DNA of 64,000 bases from Phoronis australis. Lineage: Eukaryota > Animalia > Phoronida. Below are positions 1 to 12,910 of the stretch, piece after piece. Below the pieces are notes generated by a model. That model made no database searches. It was not told the DNA's origin and saw nothing but the letters and a program-made list of their open reading frames with translations. The translations under genes were made by a program, and so were the position numbers. Position 1 is the first letter of the stretch. Every line of letters starts with the position of its first letter. Where the stretch lies: the NCBI GenBank assembly GCA_002633005.1, contig NMRA01000133.1, positions 130,380-194,379 of the forward strand, in the 5' to 3' direction.

Positions 1-42
1 AAAAAGGCCATAAACTTGAATCTTCCTCTGGTTATCGACGCT
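1..42 (+). CDS. NAXD: NAXD/CARKD internal exon, 5'-truncated by the window edge (KKAINLNLPLVIDA)
   Basis: Frame 1 reads ...LPLVIDA, then donor GCT|GTAAGT at 43-48. Matches the carbohydrate-kinase family motif IPVVIDA-DG that continues in the next exon (phase 0). Confidence 0.9.
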
Positions 43-406
43 GTAAGTTCCATGTTTTTGAAACAGTAGCTTCAGGGTACTAATGTGAAATTGAGAAGGG
101 TTACTTCCATACTTTGTACATGTGGCGATGTGTGTGATTAAACGGACAATACCCCCTAAATTTGGGACTGTCTTTGACCAAATTTCTCTGCTTTTGGGAT
201 GATTTTGATCAAAAGTAATAAGTAGACTAAGTATGAAAAATTGCAGAAGCGTATTCCTCAAGGGTCATTTTTGTTGGTGACCATCAGGCAGAAGGGAAAT
301 GTCTGGGGGATCTGATCTCCACAAAAAACCCCCGGAGACTCTCCTTGCATTTGTAAAATTGCTTGTGTTCGCCTCAAAAGACAGTGTTGTTTTTACACCC
401 TTGCAG

Positions 407-511
407 GATGGAGTGTTTCTACTGACAAAAAAGCCCGACTTGATTCAGAACTATGAACGAGCCATACTGACGCCGAATGCTGTGGAGTTTGACCGTCTGT
501 ATAAAGCTGTG
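407..511 (+). CDS. NAXD: NAXD exon (DGVFLLTKKPDLIQNYERAILTPNAVEFDRLYKAV)
   Basis: Acceptor ttttacacccttgcAG at 405-406, donor GTG|GTAAGT at 512; 105 nt, phase 0/0. Contains the LTPNxxEFxRL motif (human NAXD: AVLTPNHVEFSRLYDAV). Confidence 0.95.
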
Positions 512-1160
512 GTAAGTCGGCGGGAAATGGTCTGTTGGTCACTTTAGTTTGACATCCCTCAAGCGAACCACTTATAATAAACTCAGTTGAGAGTAAATTC
601 ACAAACTTCTGATGCACAGAAAGTGTTTAGACACCTCATGCTTTTTTTTCGTCTTTTAAATCTGCGTTTCGTCTTGGTTAGTTGGATAAAAATGAAAATT
701 CAATTAAGTCTTGTACTCTGAGAAAATTGGGCTCGTACTATTCCTTACGTGTTGACTCAAGTCACAGGCTATTGGCCGTTTGGAGCGTTTTCTTGTGTCG
801 CTGGTGGTTTCGATGTTCTTTTTGGTAATGGATATAGAACCCATCATGGTAAGGAATGGTAGGAGATGGATTTTGTTTGAGAGAAACTCTAATTTGATTT
901 TTGTTTTTTAACCAGCGAAACAGTTAAATGCAGCTTTAACTTTTTTGATTTCCAGTCAAAAATCTGTTTTGAGCTATCCTAAGATTTTATGTACCTGTAG
1001 TGATTCTTTCACGCTAGAGTACCAAAAACTGAAAATTATTTGGTATGATGTGTCGAAGGATAGACGAGCTGGTAGAAGTGGTGTTAGGAGTTATGAGACA
1101 TACCCCTGCTCATGTCAGTCGTCGTGCATCCTGTCCCGCTAGATACTGTTGATAGAAACT

Positions 1161-1415
1161 GAGCGCTCGTTTCATGAAAAGCGGCTTAAAGACTCGCAAC
1201 AGAGATTTGGTCTTACGCTCTCACTTGGCAATTGCTGAATAAAGGGTTAGCCATGAAGTGATGAGTGTATCACAGTGGCAGGGATGTGTGTAGTTTCAGG
1301 GACTTTGCAATGTTGCTCAAAAATTAGAGTTAAACACTTTTAAGGGACAGTTGTGCGAAGTGTAAGACCAAATTTCTGACTTAAGTTTTTAGACACTTTT
1401 CATGAAACTGACCTC
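1161..1415. mobile_element. Non-autonomous TIR element (MITE, possibly PIF/Harbinger-like) in a NAXD intron
   Basis: Imperfect inverted repeats of ~50 bp: gtttcatgaaaagcggcttaaagactcgcaacagagatttggtcttacgct versus the reverse complement of agtgtaagaccaaatttctgacttaagtttttagacacttttcatgaaac. No ORF. Confidence 0.75.
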
Positions 1416-2624
1416 ATGGGCGAGCACGTGCTTTGCTTGTAATGCATGATTATACCTTGCAAAGCCTTGTGTGCTCTCGTCAAACTCGCAAGAAGTGAAA
1501 CTTAGAAAGCGTGGACGAGTTATTCACTTGCACCATTTGCCATAAGAGATTGATTAACCACAGGGAACATTCAATATTTCACTTTTTAACATTGTGAGAG
1601 CACGAAAGTGGCTTTCACTTGGCTAAAATTCTTGTGTGTGTGACGGGCTACATAGAGAGAACATGATTTCAAAATTTTCACGGATTGTTTGATTATCCCT
1701 CCGCATTACAGCAATTTGACAACATAATGGTCACAGAGAATTTGTAAAAAAATCCTGGGAAATTTCACTGCATTAAACTGTCCACTAACTACTCTACCGC
1801 CATCTGGTGACAAGGAATATTTCACATCTCCTCTTTTCAAAAATAGGTGTTGTCTAACATTTCAACGCCATAAAGCTTGACAATGACTAGTGTATACTTA
1901 TATGTGAGATTGCGCTGCACTGCCCAGGTTTACAACTAGAATGTCTATTATGTTAGCACACGTGTAGTGTTGTAGTGGTGAGTCTTGTTTCGTTTTGATA
2001 TGCTTTCATCTGAACAACAAGTTGTGAAATATGGTGAAATACACTGTCTTCATGTTTCTATGATTGTTTTGTTTTTAGTGTACTACTGAAAGGTTTCATA
2101 CTCAAGCACTTGCAGTCTCAATTTCATTGTTTTGTTTTAAATTATTTGCTATTTGTTTGATATAGTAGCACTTTTAATGCATCTTTTCCAAAATAGATTT
2201 GTAGATGATATAACGCTTTTGTATCTTTTGTTGCTTTCTACTGTCTATGCTCTCCCTTCAACTTCTGTTGATTAATTTTATTGAAAGTAAATTCGACCCT
2301 TCGTGTTTCAGCTGGGGAAACCTGTAAGTCGTGTTGTCAGCCATGTTGTTTGCGCCTCTCTTGTTGGGATACTAATTTATAAGTTTTGTTCCGCCATTCG
2401 TGACCTGTTCCGCTGGATATAAGTTTGGAATTTTAGCAAAATTCCCTGTATGTGTACGTGTAGACAAGAATTTCACTGTTTTTGCGACAAACTTTCTCAC
2501 CAAAAGACTATTTTATGATCAAGTGTTTTTTGGAAGACTGTGCTCTACATCTCTTTAAAAGGACATGCTCAGCGGGAAAAGTAATTTTACAGAAATCAAC
2601 AGTTGTGCGGAATCGGATACACAA

Positions 2625-2670
2625 ACTCTGAAGTACCAGCTGTGTGCTCTCTACCACTGGGCGAAGTAAC
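2625..2670 (-). mobile_element. Degenerate tRNA-like SINE head fragment
   Basis: Minus strand reads ttcgcccagtggtagagagcacacagctggtacttcagag, an A-box/D-arm-like sequence with a decayed B-box further on. Confidence 0.3.
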
Positions 2671-3429
2671 AAAATTAGCAGAGTATTAAATTAATTTTAA
2701 CTTGTTAAATGCATTTATCGTCATTATTTTGATATTTGTCTCTTTATTTTGATACCAGTCCTTAGGGTTTATTTTGCATTACTCATCTCTATTTATAGCC
2801 TCGAGGGCCTACTTTTGTATTCATACGTTTCTCTACGCGACACCTGATTGGTCGCCCATATTTCCTTTGTTCAGTTCAACATGGTCTCTCTCTCATTCAG
2901 CCACCTACCTCGTCGTCTACAAGACCTACGTTCGTTGTCTGCATGTGTTTAAATTAGAAGGACACAGGCCTTGATTTCAGCGAACGTTTTTGTTGTTTTA
3001 TGACTCTTCAACAAGTCTATCCCAATAATCACAAAGCTGTTGTTAGATGCAAAAATGATAATGTACCTTCAAGTAATCATTCAATTTCTTTCCAATACAC
3101 GTACAAACAATCACACAGGTAATTTTGCTAGAATGGCCTGATGTCCAGCCAAATTCTTTTGATGCGAATTAAAAACAATAACACGGTTTGGCTCTGAAGC
3201 CATTTTAACGAATGGCTCCTTACAAACCTGTTTATTGCCAGTACAATCTATGAATTGTCCAAAATGGAAGTTTTCACGTCTCCCTTCTGCTACTGTTCTT
3301 AGCTGTCTAATGCTCTGTGCAACTTTAAAGGGGCAGTAAACCATCCTTTTCTTTTAAAAATCAACTTATGATTGAGGGATTCCTAAACCTGACAGGAACT
3401 GACGTTAAAGTCGACATTGCCTCAGACGA

Positions 3430-4015
3430 GGGCCCCGGGTCTAATCTTTTTACGAGAAATCGGAGTCTTATTTTTAACGTTTCCATTCTACTTTTAGTAC
3501 GAACTCGAGACGAGAGACTATTCTGTGCTCATGTATGTTATGATTTACGTGGATGACTTATTCAATCTTCTTCATGACGTAGCAGTAAAGCTATACGTCT
3601 GAGCCAAAATCTAGAGATTTGACTCGAAATCCTGAGTTTTTATTCGAGTCTTGTGGTCATCAAGTTTGAATTTGCGCTGCACATTCTCAAATGCAGAATA
3701 TAAATAATTATCTTAAGGTTATTTCAAACCTTATTTAGTGGCCTCTGTTCTAACTCGTATATCAAAAAAACTAAGCTTTGTCAACTAGTAAAAGTATATA
3801 TTTTCTGAAAGAGCAAAGATCAGGAAATATAAATATACTTTTTGTATTTATTTGTCATTATTATTTTTACGTAAAAACCTTTTTTAAGTAAAAATTCCAT
3901 TTTTAAGAAAGGTACATTCATAGCAAAATAACNTTAAGTTCTTATTAGCGGAGAAAGGAAATGTGAAAAATATTTTCGAGTTCGATTTCGAGTGAAAAGA
4001 TTAAACCCTGGGCCC
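3430..4015. mobile_element. TIR element (GGGCCC-ended MITE) containing a nested fragment of the 28547-29874 family at ~3717-3930
   Basis: Left end gggccccgggtctaatctttt versus right-end reverse complement gggcccagggtttaatctttt; right flank tttaa. Internal ttaa-ggttatttcaaaccttatttagtgg matches 28543-28810. An inverted internal piece recurs at ~26840-26870. Confidence 0.75.
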
Positions 4016-4211
4016 TTTAAATTATTGGGCATGGTGGGTTATTTTCAGTCTTCAACGTAGTATGGCTGGCAAGGAATTCCAGACGATTTATTACAGCTAA
4101 TTTTATTGAAACTGACAAAATTAATTATAAGAAAGCAAAGACCTTTTTTGGAAGAGTTATGTTTGTGAAGACAGTTGATGTTTAAACACCGCAATGTTGT
4201 TTGTGGCTTAA

Positions 4212-4697
4212 AGTGAGACACTAGAAAAAATGTCCAAATCTGCCTATTTTGGAACATCATTTCTGGCAGATGCATGATGGGGTTTAAATATGAATTTCAG
4301 ATAATGTGCTTTATGCGCTGTTCTCCATGACAACATTAGAAAGTGCTTTTAAAGTGTTGCACTTTGGCACGAGGGGCTGTCAAAAACTGCGGCCGCCATG
4401 TTGCATAAAGCGGAAACAAAATGACAACTTTAAAAGCTAACGGTGATTTTGAAATTTCATGAAGGTTAAACGAATTGATATTGATGCCATTGTTTTGTTT
4501 TATATGTACCTATTTGGTAAATTTAAATAAAGACATGGTCACATGACTCAATTAATTGCTGATTGCTATAAGGTCAAAAATTAAACTCTACTTTCTTTCT
4601 ACTTTTAAAAAGTATGTACTTTTACATAGTTATATTCTATAGTTATGTAGACATTTGGAATTGGCTAAATGATTTGTCGATTAGGTCCCGTTTAACC
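4212..4697 (+). mobile_element. TTAA-flanked MITE, family B (Kolobok-like), copy 1
   Basis: Flanked by TTAA at 4208-4211 and 4698-4701. Shares ctagaaaaa-tgt-caaat, gggctgtcaaaa and aagacatggtcacatgac-caattaa blocks with 13754-14238. Confidence 0.7.
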
Positions 4698-5579
4698 TTA
4701 AAAACATACTCCGCGTGGTCGATTCAGTTGGGATTACCTTCTCTAAATCTGTTATAAGCTGTTAGTATGCATTGCATAACAACATTTAACATTTGTTTAT
4801 CAGTTTGCATCCTGTTCATAGCTTTCTCTTTAATATTTGTTCCACTAACAAAATAACAGCCCTTAGTCAACCGATGTACTCTTACAAGTGCTTGCCTCTA
4901 CAATTCATCAAGTAATACTTATTACTGGTTCTACCTTATACCCATTGTCCCAGCCAATACTCTTTCCCTTGGGAGGTCGCGAAGTATCCCCTTTATCTAT
5001 ATTAGGAGCTTTTTTCGCAAGTAAAATGCCTGAGCTTAGCTTAACTAGTGGTACCATGCTAGGGAGCCATTGGGACCTTACCTTGGATGCTTAACTTGCT
5101 GGAAGCAAGCTTGAGTGATAAATGTGCTTGACAGTGTTATATAGTTATGAATAAGAGACTTTCATGACACAGTTATGATTACATGGACAGATGACTTCTA
5201 TTGCACCTAGCTGGTTCTCTAGATAATGGGTAGGGGGCGTTGTCAGACATTCAGCAGGTTTATATCAGAATTTTTTGTTTGAGCTCCTGAGCTTGTGTCG
5301 CACATTTTGGTTCAGGAATCTTTTTTAAGGCAGTTTTGTGCTGGGCGGCTAGGCACTGGGAGCAAGTTTGAGAACAGTTTTATTTGACGTGAATGGAGAG
5401 ATAAGATCAGATGGGCTAATACCCGGGTATGTCGGCTTATGCAAAGAAAAATTGAGGGTGGGCATGTACCCCAGTAAGTGGGCTTAGGTGCTAGACTAAT
5501 TCAATAGCGGGGGTGGGTCTGTACTGGCGTGGATTCGGTATTTGTGATATTTCTACAAGTAAAAACCATAATTTTCCAG

Positions 5580-5700
5580 ATGCAAACGGACGCAGACCCA
5601 GATGAACATGTAGACAATGTATCGCAGTTGAGTCGAGCCATGGGACATGTGACCATCGTCAGGAAAGGGCCAAACGACATCATCTCTGATGGTAGAAATG
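5580..5700 (+). CDS. NAXD: NAXD exon (MQTDADPDEHVDNVSQLSRAMGHVTIVRKGPNDIISDGRN)
   Basis: Acceptor attttccAG at 5578-5579, donor G|GTTAGT at 5701; 121 nt, phase 0/1. Aligns by eye to human [22 protein letters not shown]. Confidence 0.93.
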
Positions 5701-5779
5701 GTTAGTACTTTCGCTTAATAACTGTTTGCTTTCATTGACTTTCTATTATCAGATGTTTTGCTGTTCCTGGAGTGTATGC

Positions 5780-6090
5780 ATTGTTGTGGCGGAACAGCTT
5801 GCGTATCTCAGTGACCTCTAGAGCTTTATCGGCTGGAGTTTAAAAACTCCTGACAGAGCTACCCATGGCACGCAGTTCGAAAGACAGAGATCAGACGAAA
5901 TACACCCCAAACACTCCCTTGAGTCACTCTAGGGTTGGTCATAAGGCCAACTCCCTTACCAATACTCTCGTCACCTACGAAAAAGACAACTCTGACATTA
6001 AAACCTGGGCAGACTGGGCTCATCAGCCATGACTGGCAACCAGTCTAGGAGAAGGGCACTCCGAAACAAAACCATGTCCTGCCAGGAAGA
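5780..6090 (+). mobile_element. 5' UTR remnant of an RTE-clade non-LTR retrotransposon
   Basis: Blocks gcttgcgtatctcagtgacctctagagc, acccatggcacgcagttcgaaagacagagatcagacgaaa and ggcaaccagtctaggagaaggg...aaacc resemble RTE 5' leaders as I remember them. No downstream ORF. Confidence 0.5.
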
Positions 6091-7346
6091 TGGAGCATGT
6101 TGGCTAATGACATTGGGCAGACCTGTACCACCTACCCTGAAGAAGAGAACCAGACACGCATCTTACCTATCATGGTCATGGCCAGATGTTTTGCGGTCAT
6201 CTTCAAAATTGCTTGGCAAACTCCTATTTTAAATCTTGCACAAGTGTTTCTCCTTGGAAAGAAGTGACATCAGCGGAGGGCAGTGTACTGCAGTAATTTG
6301 TACTCTGTACTCTCGCTTGTGATGTCTGCTTGAGTTAGGATAGCACTCAACAGTCTGCTGATTTTGGGCTTGAAAAAATCAGGAAGTGTCAGCTGCCAAC
6401 AGTCTGTTACACTGGGTGTAAAAACATGAAAATTTGAACAGCATACTGGGTCAAAGTCTTCAAAAACCGTGCACAAAGTCTATTGGAACTGATTCCAAAG
6501 TCAATTTTTCCATCTGTTATGACTACCAGAAATGAAGCCAGCCACGTGAAAAAAAACAAGCAAAAATACACCAAATTGGCAGTTTTCACCCCAGAGCCAC
6601 CATTTGCATTGGATTTCTATGAACTACTGTCATAACTCTCCACCTTACAGAAATCTGGTAAAAAGTAGGTGTCGACCAGCCAGATTTTTCACAAATCCAA
6701 AGTGCCGAAGGGTACCTGAATTTCCTGCTTAATTTCAACTTCCTGCTTGCAAGCAATAAAGATTCAAGGAAAGCCACATTTGAGCAAAAAGTGGGTCAAG
6801 GGGTCAACAGCTGGCAATTTTTCACTTAGAACAGATTAAAAAATTGAGCAAATGCCATTCGTAGCCTTCACACGCAGCACTGAACTTAAAATGCCTTGCC
6901 AACCCAACAGGCGTCAATTTTTATAGAAATTGGGGGAGGCAAACTGAACCAGGCTCAAAAAACTATTGGGTGCCACCTAGAGTCCTGACTTTTTCAAATG
7001 CGTTGTTGGATGGTTGTCGTCTCGTAAATATACAGTGGCATCACATACATCTTGGTGACGTGTAAACAGTTGATGGAATACAACACTTTAGGGTTGGACG
7101 CATCAGAATTGAAAGCACTGGTCCACTGCAACATGATTTTTGAGAAATAAAAGATTGAAGATTAGCCTCAAAATGCATCGAATAAATACATGTAGATGAG
7201 CAAATTTTTGGCTCCAAAGTTTAAAAACGGCAAACATGTTCTTGTGTTGTCTATCCCTAGCTAGGACAATGTCATAAATACGAGGATGTTAATTTGTTTG
7301 GCCTTAACGTAATCATGTATTTATGTGTCTGCCATTCCCATTTCAG

Positions 7347-7467
7347 TCTTGATATGCTGTGGCGAAGGCAGCCCACGGCGCTGCGGGGGGCAGGGTGACC
7401 TCTTGTCTGGCAGCATGGGTGTGTTCTCGCATTGGGCCTACAAGGCGGACAGGCAAGGAAATGACCA
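7347..7467 (+). CDS. NAXD: NAXD exon ([40 protein letters not shown])
   Basis: Acceptor cccatttcAG at 7345-7346, donor CA|GTGAGT at 7468; 121 nt, phase 1/2. Carries the [12 protein letters not shown] signature of NAXD. Confidence 0.96.
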
Positions 7468-9700
7468 GTGAGTATCAAGACAAATGTAGGCAAACTTCCA
7501 CTGGTGTTCGGGAATGTCCAGTTTGTTTCCATGGTATTGTAATCATTGCCTAATAAGTTAGTGTTCACATTTGTTACGTAACTATGGCTGTTTTCAATGA
7601 TTTTTTGCTTTTTGAGTTCAGCGTTATACTGCCGTAAGTTGGTCTCAATTTTTGCCATAAGTCCAGTTACAAAATAAAATGCCAAAATTTGGCCAGATTT
7701 TGTGTAGGGCTTTAAACTGCTAAGCACTTTGAACATTATTACCGGGACATGGACCTGATCAATCTTAATCCTCAACTCTTTGGGAGATTACAATGGGTGT
7801 AACGGTTGGGCTGGTTCCGTGACCTGACACTAGATGGGGATGCTGGTAGGTACTATGGGACTGAAAATAGTTTTTGTTTCTTATACTCCATAACTTACCG
7901 TAATAAACATGACACTCTTGGAACTTCACAGAGACTTCAACCTTAGAGACACTTTCAAATGTTTCTACTGTGCTCAGAAGAGTGAAAGACGTCGGTCGAG
8001 TGATTTTTGAAGAAAACTATTTTATATGATTATTGTGATAGTGTGATAGAAGATGAAGATAGTTGAGTATTGATTGGTAGTAGCAAAGGTTATACAAAGC
8101 AATTTAGCAGATAGTTGCAGCCAGAAATAGTTACGGGAACTAGGTAATTTAATGTTAAAGGCACTCAGTACTAATTGTAATTTGGTCAAGTAGAAATTTG
8201 AAACGTTCAACTGGAAGAAATGAAGTTAGTTATGGGGAATCTTCTTGTTGAAACAATCAGTGCACTTCATTCAGTTTTACATGTTTTACATGTTTTACGG
8301 TTTTACATGTGTAATTAGGAATGCTTACCATATTAAAATACCCAAAAAATAAACTATAAAATTATGTTTTTTGGTGGAGCTGTTGGCCATTTCATTCATT
8401 AGCTCAGTGCGGTAACATGCCCATAGGTGGCACCACAGTGACTGTTTGACTGATTTGTTCAAACTGTATTATGCTGTTTAGCAACCTTAGGACAACATGG
8501 CAATAACTAAAATCTTACTAGTTGAGACGAGAGAACGAGAGGGAGTTCTTGGTAAAAGAGCATATTTGCTGACAAGCAGTTGGTTGTTGGCATGGTTATT
8601 CAACGGTACTGTAGACTTTTTGTGATCCTTCATTGATGCACTTACTTGAAGATCCTATTTTTTGATACCAAAGTAATTTTTTTCGGTTGCCATGGTGACT
8701 TTCTTTGTTGCCACAATAAAGCAGTCTTCTCATCAGTGGTGATGGTTATTATAATTTTCCCACCATTAACAAACCAGCTGTTGAGAGACATCTCACTTAT
8801 TCCCCCATTAGAATAGTAGAAACTAACAACAGTTGTCAGTTTGTCTGCTCTCCCTCCAACCACTGCCTGCACCACTGTGCCAAGTTCCTCCAACTCTGTG
8901 TCTACTGGCTGGACTTAATTAGTTTGCCATTCATCTCTACCAATGGCCTGTGGCTCCATGGGTTGCCCGAGGTGGTGTTAATTTCAGAACATGAGGTGAG
9001 ACCTCTCAGTAATTGATACTGGGGCATAGTGAATGCCTGTTGCCACAACTGTTGCTGCTACTGTTATGACCAGAACCATTAAATGTCAACCTCTGGCAAA
9101 GGGTGCAGAATTAAGACATTTTGTCGCTAATCAGCCAGCCATGACTGTTCCTTGTACACATTTGGTTGATCAATTAATGTTAATGCTTTGTTCTATCGTG
9201 GCTTGTATAACTGAAAGGTTGGCATTTTCTTAAAGTAAAAGAATTGATCGAATTCTCTGACACTCGCCCTGTCTAAATTCCTGTTAAAACATCAGTCATT
9301 GGTTTGATTTAGAATACAAAATGGTCAAAATGGTCGACTTATTCAAGCTCAGACAGTGCAACATAAGAACGACATTTTAGTGATGGTCATTTATTGAAGG
9401 AAGACCACACCCCCCTCTCCTGACCCCTCAGAACAGTCCCTGTGGTTAAATCGATTTCATTTTTTGTTGTGATCTTATGAGCAGCTAACAGAACATTAAG
9501 CACAACTAATGCCAAGATTCAGCTGCATAACCTAATGACATCAAAGACAGGAAACATTTGTTCCAGTTTTAATGACTTTTCCATTCGTGCCAACCTAAAT
9601 TTTTGCCCTTTTCCGTCTGAAATATACATTTTTTACAAGATTTAGAAGAGTGGCCTCCTGGTTACACTTCAGTGGACTACTTGATCTTTACATTGCAACA

Positions 9701-9780
9701 GGTTACGTAGGGCCTAGAAAATATCCAAATTTGGCTAACTTCGGAGCATTGTATTAGAAAATGTCTTCAAAAGGATTCAC
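9701..9780 (+). mobile_element. Left-end fragment of MITE family B
   Basis: ggttacgtagggcctagaaaatatccaaatttggctaacttcggagcat matches 13754 ggttatgtaggactctagaaaaatgttcaaatttagataacttcggagcat. Confidence 0.7.
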
Positions 9781-11046
9781 TTTTGCTGCAAGAGAAGCGA
9801 TAAAAGAATAGGACCGATATGAATTTTATGGAGAAAACAAAAATCGCCTAAAACAAAATCAAACTACTGTAATCAGGAATTTTTTTTATCTTGAACTTTT
9901 TAATCAAACAAAGTTTGCTCATTCTGTCTATGCCATTGTTTTACTGTGAATGTACTTTTCTTCATTTCTAAATTTAGCGAGGAGGGGGTTCATTTGTTAC
10001 CAGTCAGTAACACACCAGCTTGAACAATTAACATGATATTTATTTCCAAGCCATTGCCTTTAGTTGAAATTTATTTTAGTTTAAAGTCAGTGACAATACC
10101 ATGCCTGTAATAAGTGACAAAATATAAATACTTTGAAATTCCCTATTGGCTACAATTTGTGGGTTAAAAAGAATATGAAATGATGTTTGGTCTTTCTAAG
10201 TCTGAAATGTGGTTGAGGATAATATGGAGGTGACTGTTTATTAAAGCCCTTCTATCAAAAACCAACGTTAGATTTAGGCCCCTTACTGTCTTGAAAACAA
10301 CTTTAGATTTAGGCCCCTTATTGTCATAAAATTGTTCCTTTCACTAATAACAAGTGGTTATTAGGCTTGACAAGAACTGAGATGTGTTAATAGTGTCGTT
10401 CCCATGTGAACATTGGTGGAAATAATCTCATCTATTTTTTCAAGTAAATTTTTTCTAGGAAAATTTTTGCATGGGGACACGAATTTTCCAGGACTCAAAG
10501 TTCCACCAACTTTTGCTGGTTTACTATCGGGGTGGGGGGAGAATTATTCATGACCTACATGTTCTAAACATTCCAATCGTTACTTATATCGTGAAACTTC
10601 TGATGTTGGTGTATGCATTGTGCAGCACTGACTGTGTAGTGTCGGTGTCTGCCAATATGGGTGATATAACTCTCCAAGATTCATTGTTTGTATCAAAATG
10701 CATGGAACAGCACTACTGGTGCAACATAACTTTCAGCTTACCAATGTCAAAAATTGCCAACTGTAGTGAACGGTTAGGCTTACTGACGTATGTATATCTA
10801 TATTACTGTGAGAATCCTTATGTGGCGTTAAATTCAGACCCCCTATTCTATACAACTACTTTCAATCTTTTCTTCTTTGTTCCATGTTCTCGAACTGATG
10901 CAATATGGCGCGAAGAGGCAATTTCACTTTTAATTTTATAAGCCTATGTTTAAGTGATCCGATGGTGATTTCTTGTTGCCCTTGCTTTGGGCAGTGATGC
11001 ACAGTCATGAAGATGCTCATGTATTACTACTGTTTTCTCCCCTCAG

Positions 11047-11209
11047 CCCATTCTTCACATCCTATGGACCCACAATATCTGCAGCCTACGCTGCCTGCCT
11101 CCTGACAAGAGAATGCAACAGGGAAGCTTTCAAGAAATTTGGTCGGTCGATGACAACCACGGACATGATTGGTCAGATACACGAAGCGTTCGAGTTCCTG
11201 TTTGAGTAA
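11047..11209 (+). CDS. NAXD: NAXD terminal coding exon (PFFTSYGPTISAAYAACLLTRECNREAFKKFGRSMTTTDMIGQIHEAFEFLFE*)
   Basis: Acceptor ttttctcccctcAG at 11045-11046, phase 2 matching the previous donor; stop TAA ends at 11209. Matches the human C-terminus [30 protein letters not shown]...AFSKLFET. Confidence 0.95.
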
Positions 11210-12108
11210 ACAGTAGGTAGAGCATGAAGTTAGCGTGTTAAGAATTTTACTTAACGAGGCAGTGTATTGGGTTTTGCAGACTGAAGTATATTAAAACACG
11301 ATTGTGGACATCCCGGGATTGCAACTAATGTGTCTCTTATTTTGGAACTCGCATACATTTCAATGGCGGGCCCTGTTGCGCTTTTAGTTTTGCATTTGTT
11401 AGAATCAAATATTCAAGTTCTGAACTGAAGAATTTTCCATGTTTGTACTATGTGGGGCTCAGGTCGTATTTTTGGCATGTTCAACCTTCTCATATGTGTT
11501 TATCTTGTTAGAAATTGACATTTTATGGTGGGATCACTGAAACCAATTAACTGTGGTCATTTTTGGTCTTGCATGGGCATGTCATCATTGCTGGTGACCA
11601 GAGCCCTGTGGCATCCATTTTCATATTGGCTAGTGAAATTCGCTTGTGCATTTCCCTTCGGCAAACTTTTTATGAAGTTACCAACTTCATTTTGTGAACT
11701 GATGTTGGAAACCGAAGACACAACAAATCCTGCTGTGACAAATATATTTCAGTGTGCAAAGACAATAGTTAAGTGTCTCATTTGAATAAGGATTGCACTA
11801 TAAAAGCATGAATATCATTGCTCTCTTACACTTCCTGTGTTCATTTTATAGAATGTAAATTTGTTACACTCAATGCAAAGTTTCAACGAATTTCTATAAA
11901 AAGTGCAACATTATTATGCAAACCTTATTGAAGTACGAAATTTTAGTTGTGTTTTATATTTTGTTCATGTTCAGTTGTTGTGTTTTGTTCACATCAGGAA
12001 TGTAGGTGTGCATAATCTCATAAATGTTTACTGTTGAAGAGTTGAGTCTTTGTTGCTAGACGTGCCATATTGTAATATTTATGTGATCAACAATGCTTTA
12101 AGGGCCAT

Positions 12109-12234
12109 AATAAATTAATGGTACGAAGTGAAGACAAATCTTTGTATGTATTCATCATGCAAGTTTATATTTTTGAATGCTTATAAATGATAGATTTCAT
12201 GATTCTGACGCTATTTCTTACTGTTAAAAATAAA
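12109..12234 (+). terminator. Candidate NAXD polyadenylation signals
   Basis: AATAAA at 12109-12114 and 12229-12234; the second is followed by a GT/T-rich tract (taattgtttttgctgttg). About 1 kb downstream of the stop. Confidence 0.55.
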
Positions 12235-12686
12235 GCTCAGTAATTGTTTTTGCTGTTGATATCCTGCAGAATGAAATGATATTCTTGTTCCATGATAATG
12301 GCAGAGTGAATTCATGAACTTTTGTCAGTATTATTACTTGATCTCTCGTGTTAAATGCTTATGTGATGAGTTAATACTATCTTCCAAGCAAGATTCGACT
12401 AGTTACTACCTTAAAATTAGACCACTAGATATATATCGCTCAATATGTAAATCACTTACTGAAAAACATTGAGAGTCTTGTGAGTCAGGTATATATTGCA
12501 GGGTGAGTGAAAACCGCCATCTTGTTAGTTGTATCCAGTTTTCCTTGGCAGCTTGCCAAGATTAAATTTTACTGCAGTTCATTATGAAAGTTTCAAGGGA
12601 AATGTCTTAGTGACAGTATAAATATCTCAAATTTGTGCGTATGTTTGATTAATAGTGATCCTGTAATTGTTTTAAGTGTATTTATA

Positions 12687-12910
12687 TAGTAAAATCTCAC
12701 TAATTTAGGACACAATGTGGCAAGGGATGTTGTATTTTCTCATCTTTTTCCACGGACTATACGAAGCAGTGCATTCCCATGTTCATGTTCCTGGCCATCA
12801 TCAATGTTTTGAAAAATTGGGAGCATTCGCAACAATGTTAGATGCCCTAGAAAAATGAGAAAAGGACAATTTCAGTAATCATTTTTGTCCAAAATTATGA
12901 GATTTTATCG
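12687..12910 (+). mobile_element. TA-flanked ~230-bp MITE, family A (Tc1/mariner-pogo-like), full copy
   Basis: TIRs TA|tagtaaaatctcactaatttaggaca and tgtccaaaattatgagattttatcg|TA. Confidence 0.8.

Noticed and set aside
299-547. 82-aa ORF as a standalone gene (likewise 10973-11209, 58654-58884 and 60030-60710)
   Set aside because: Each is a real exon extended into intron sequence; the splice-defined boundaries are given in the features.
7272-7775. 167-aa minus-strand ORF
   Set aside because: Antisense to a GC-rich NAXD exon plus intron, with no recognisable domain.
8780-9180. GC-richer block whose minus strand reads like a LINE 3' end (VDTELEELGTVVQAVVGG / QSWRNLAQW)
   Set aside because: The similarity is too vague to assign without a search.
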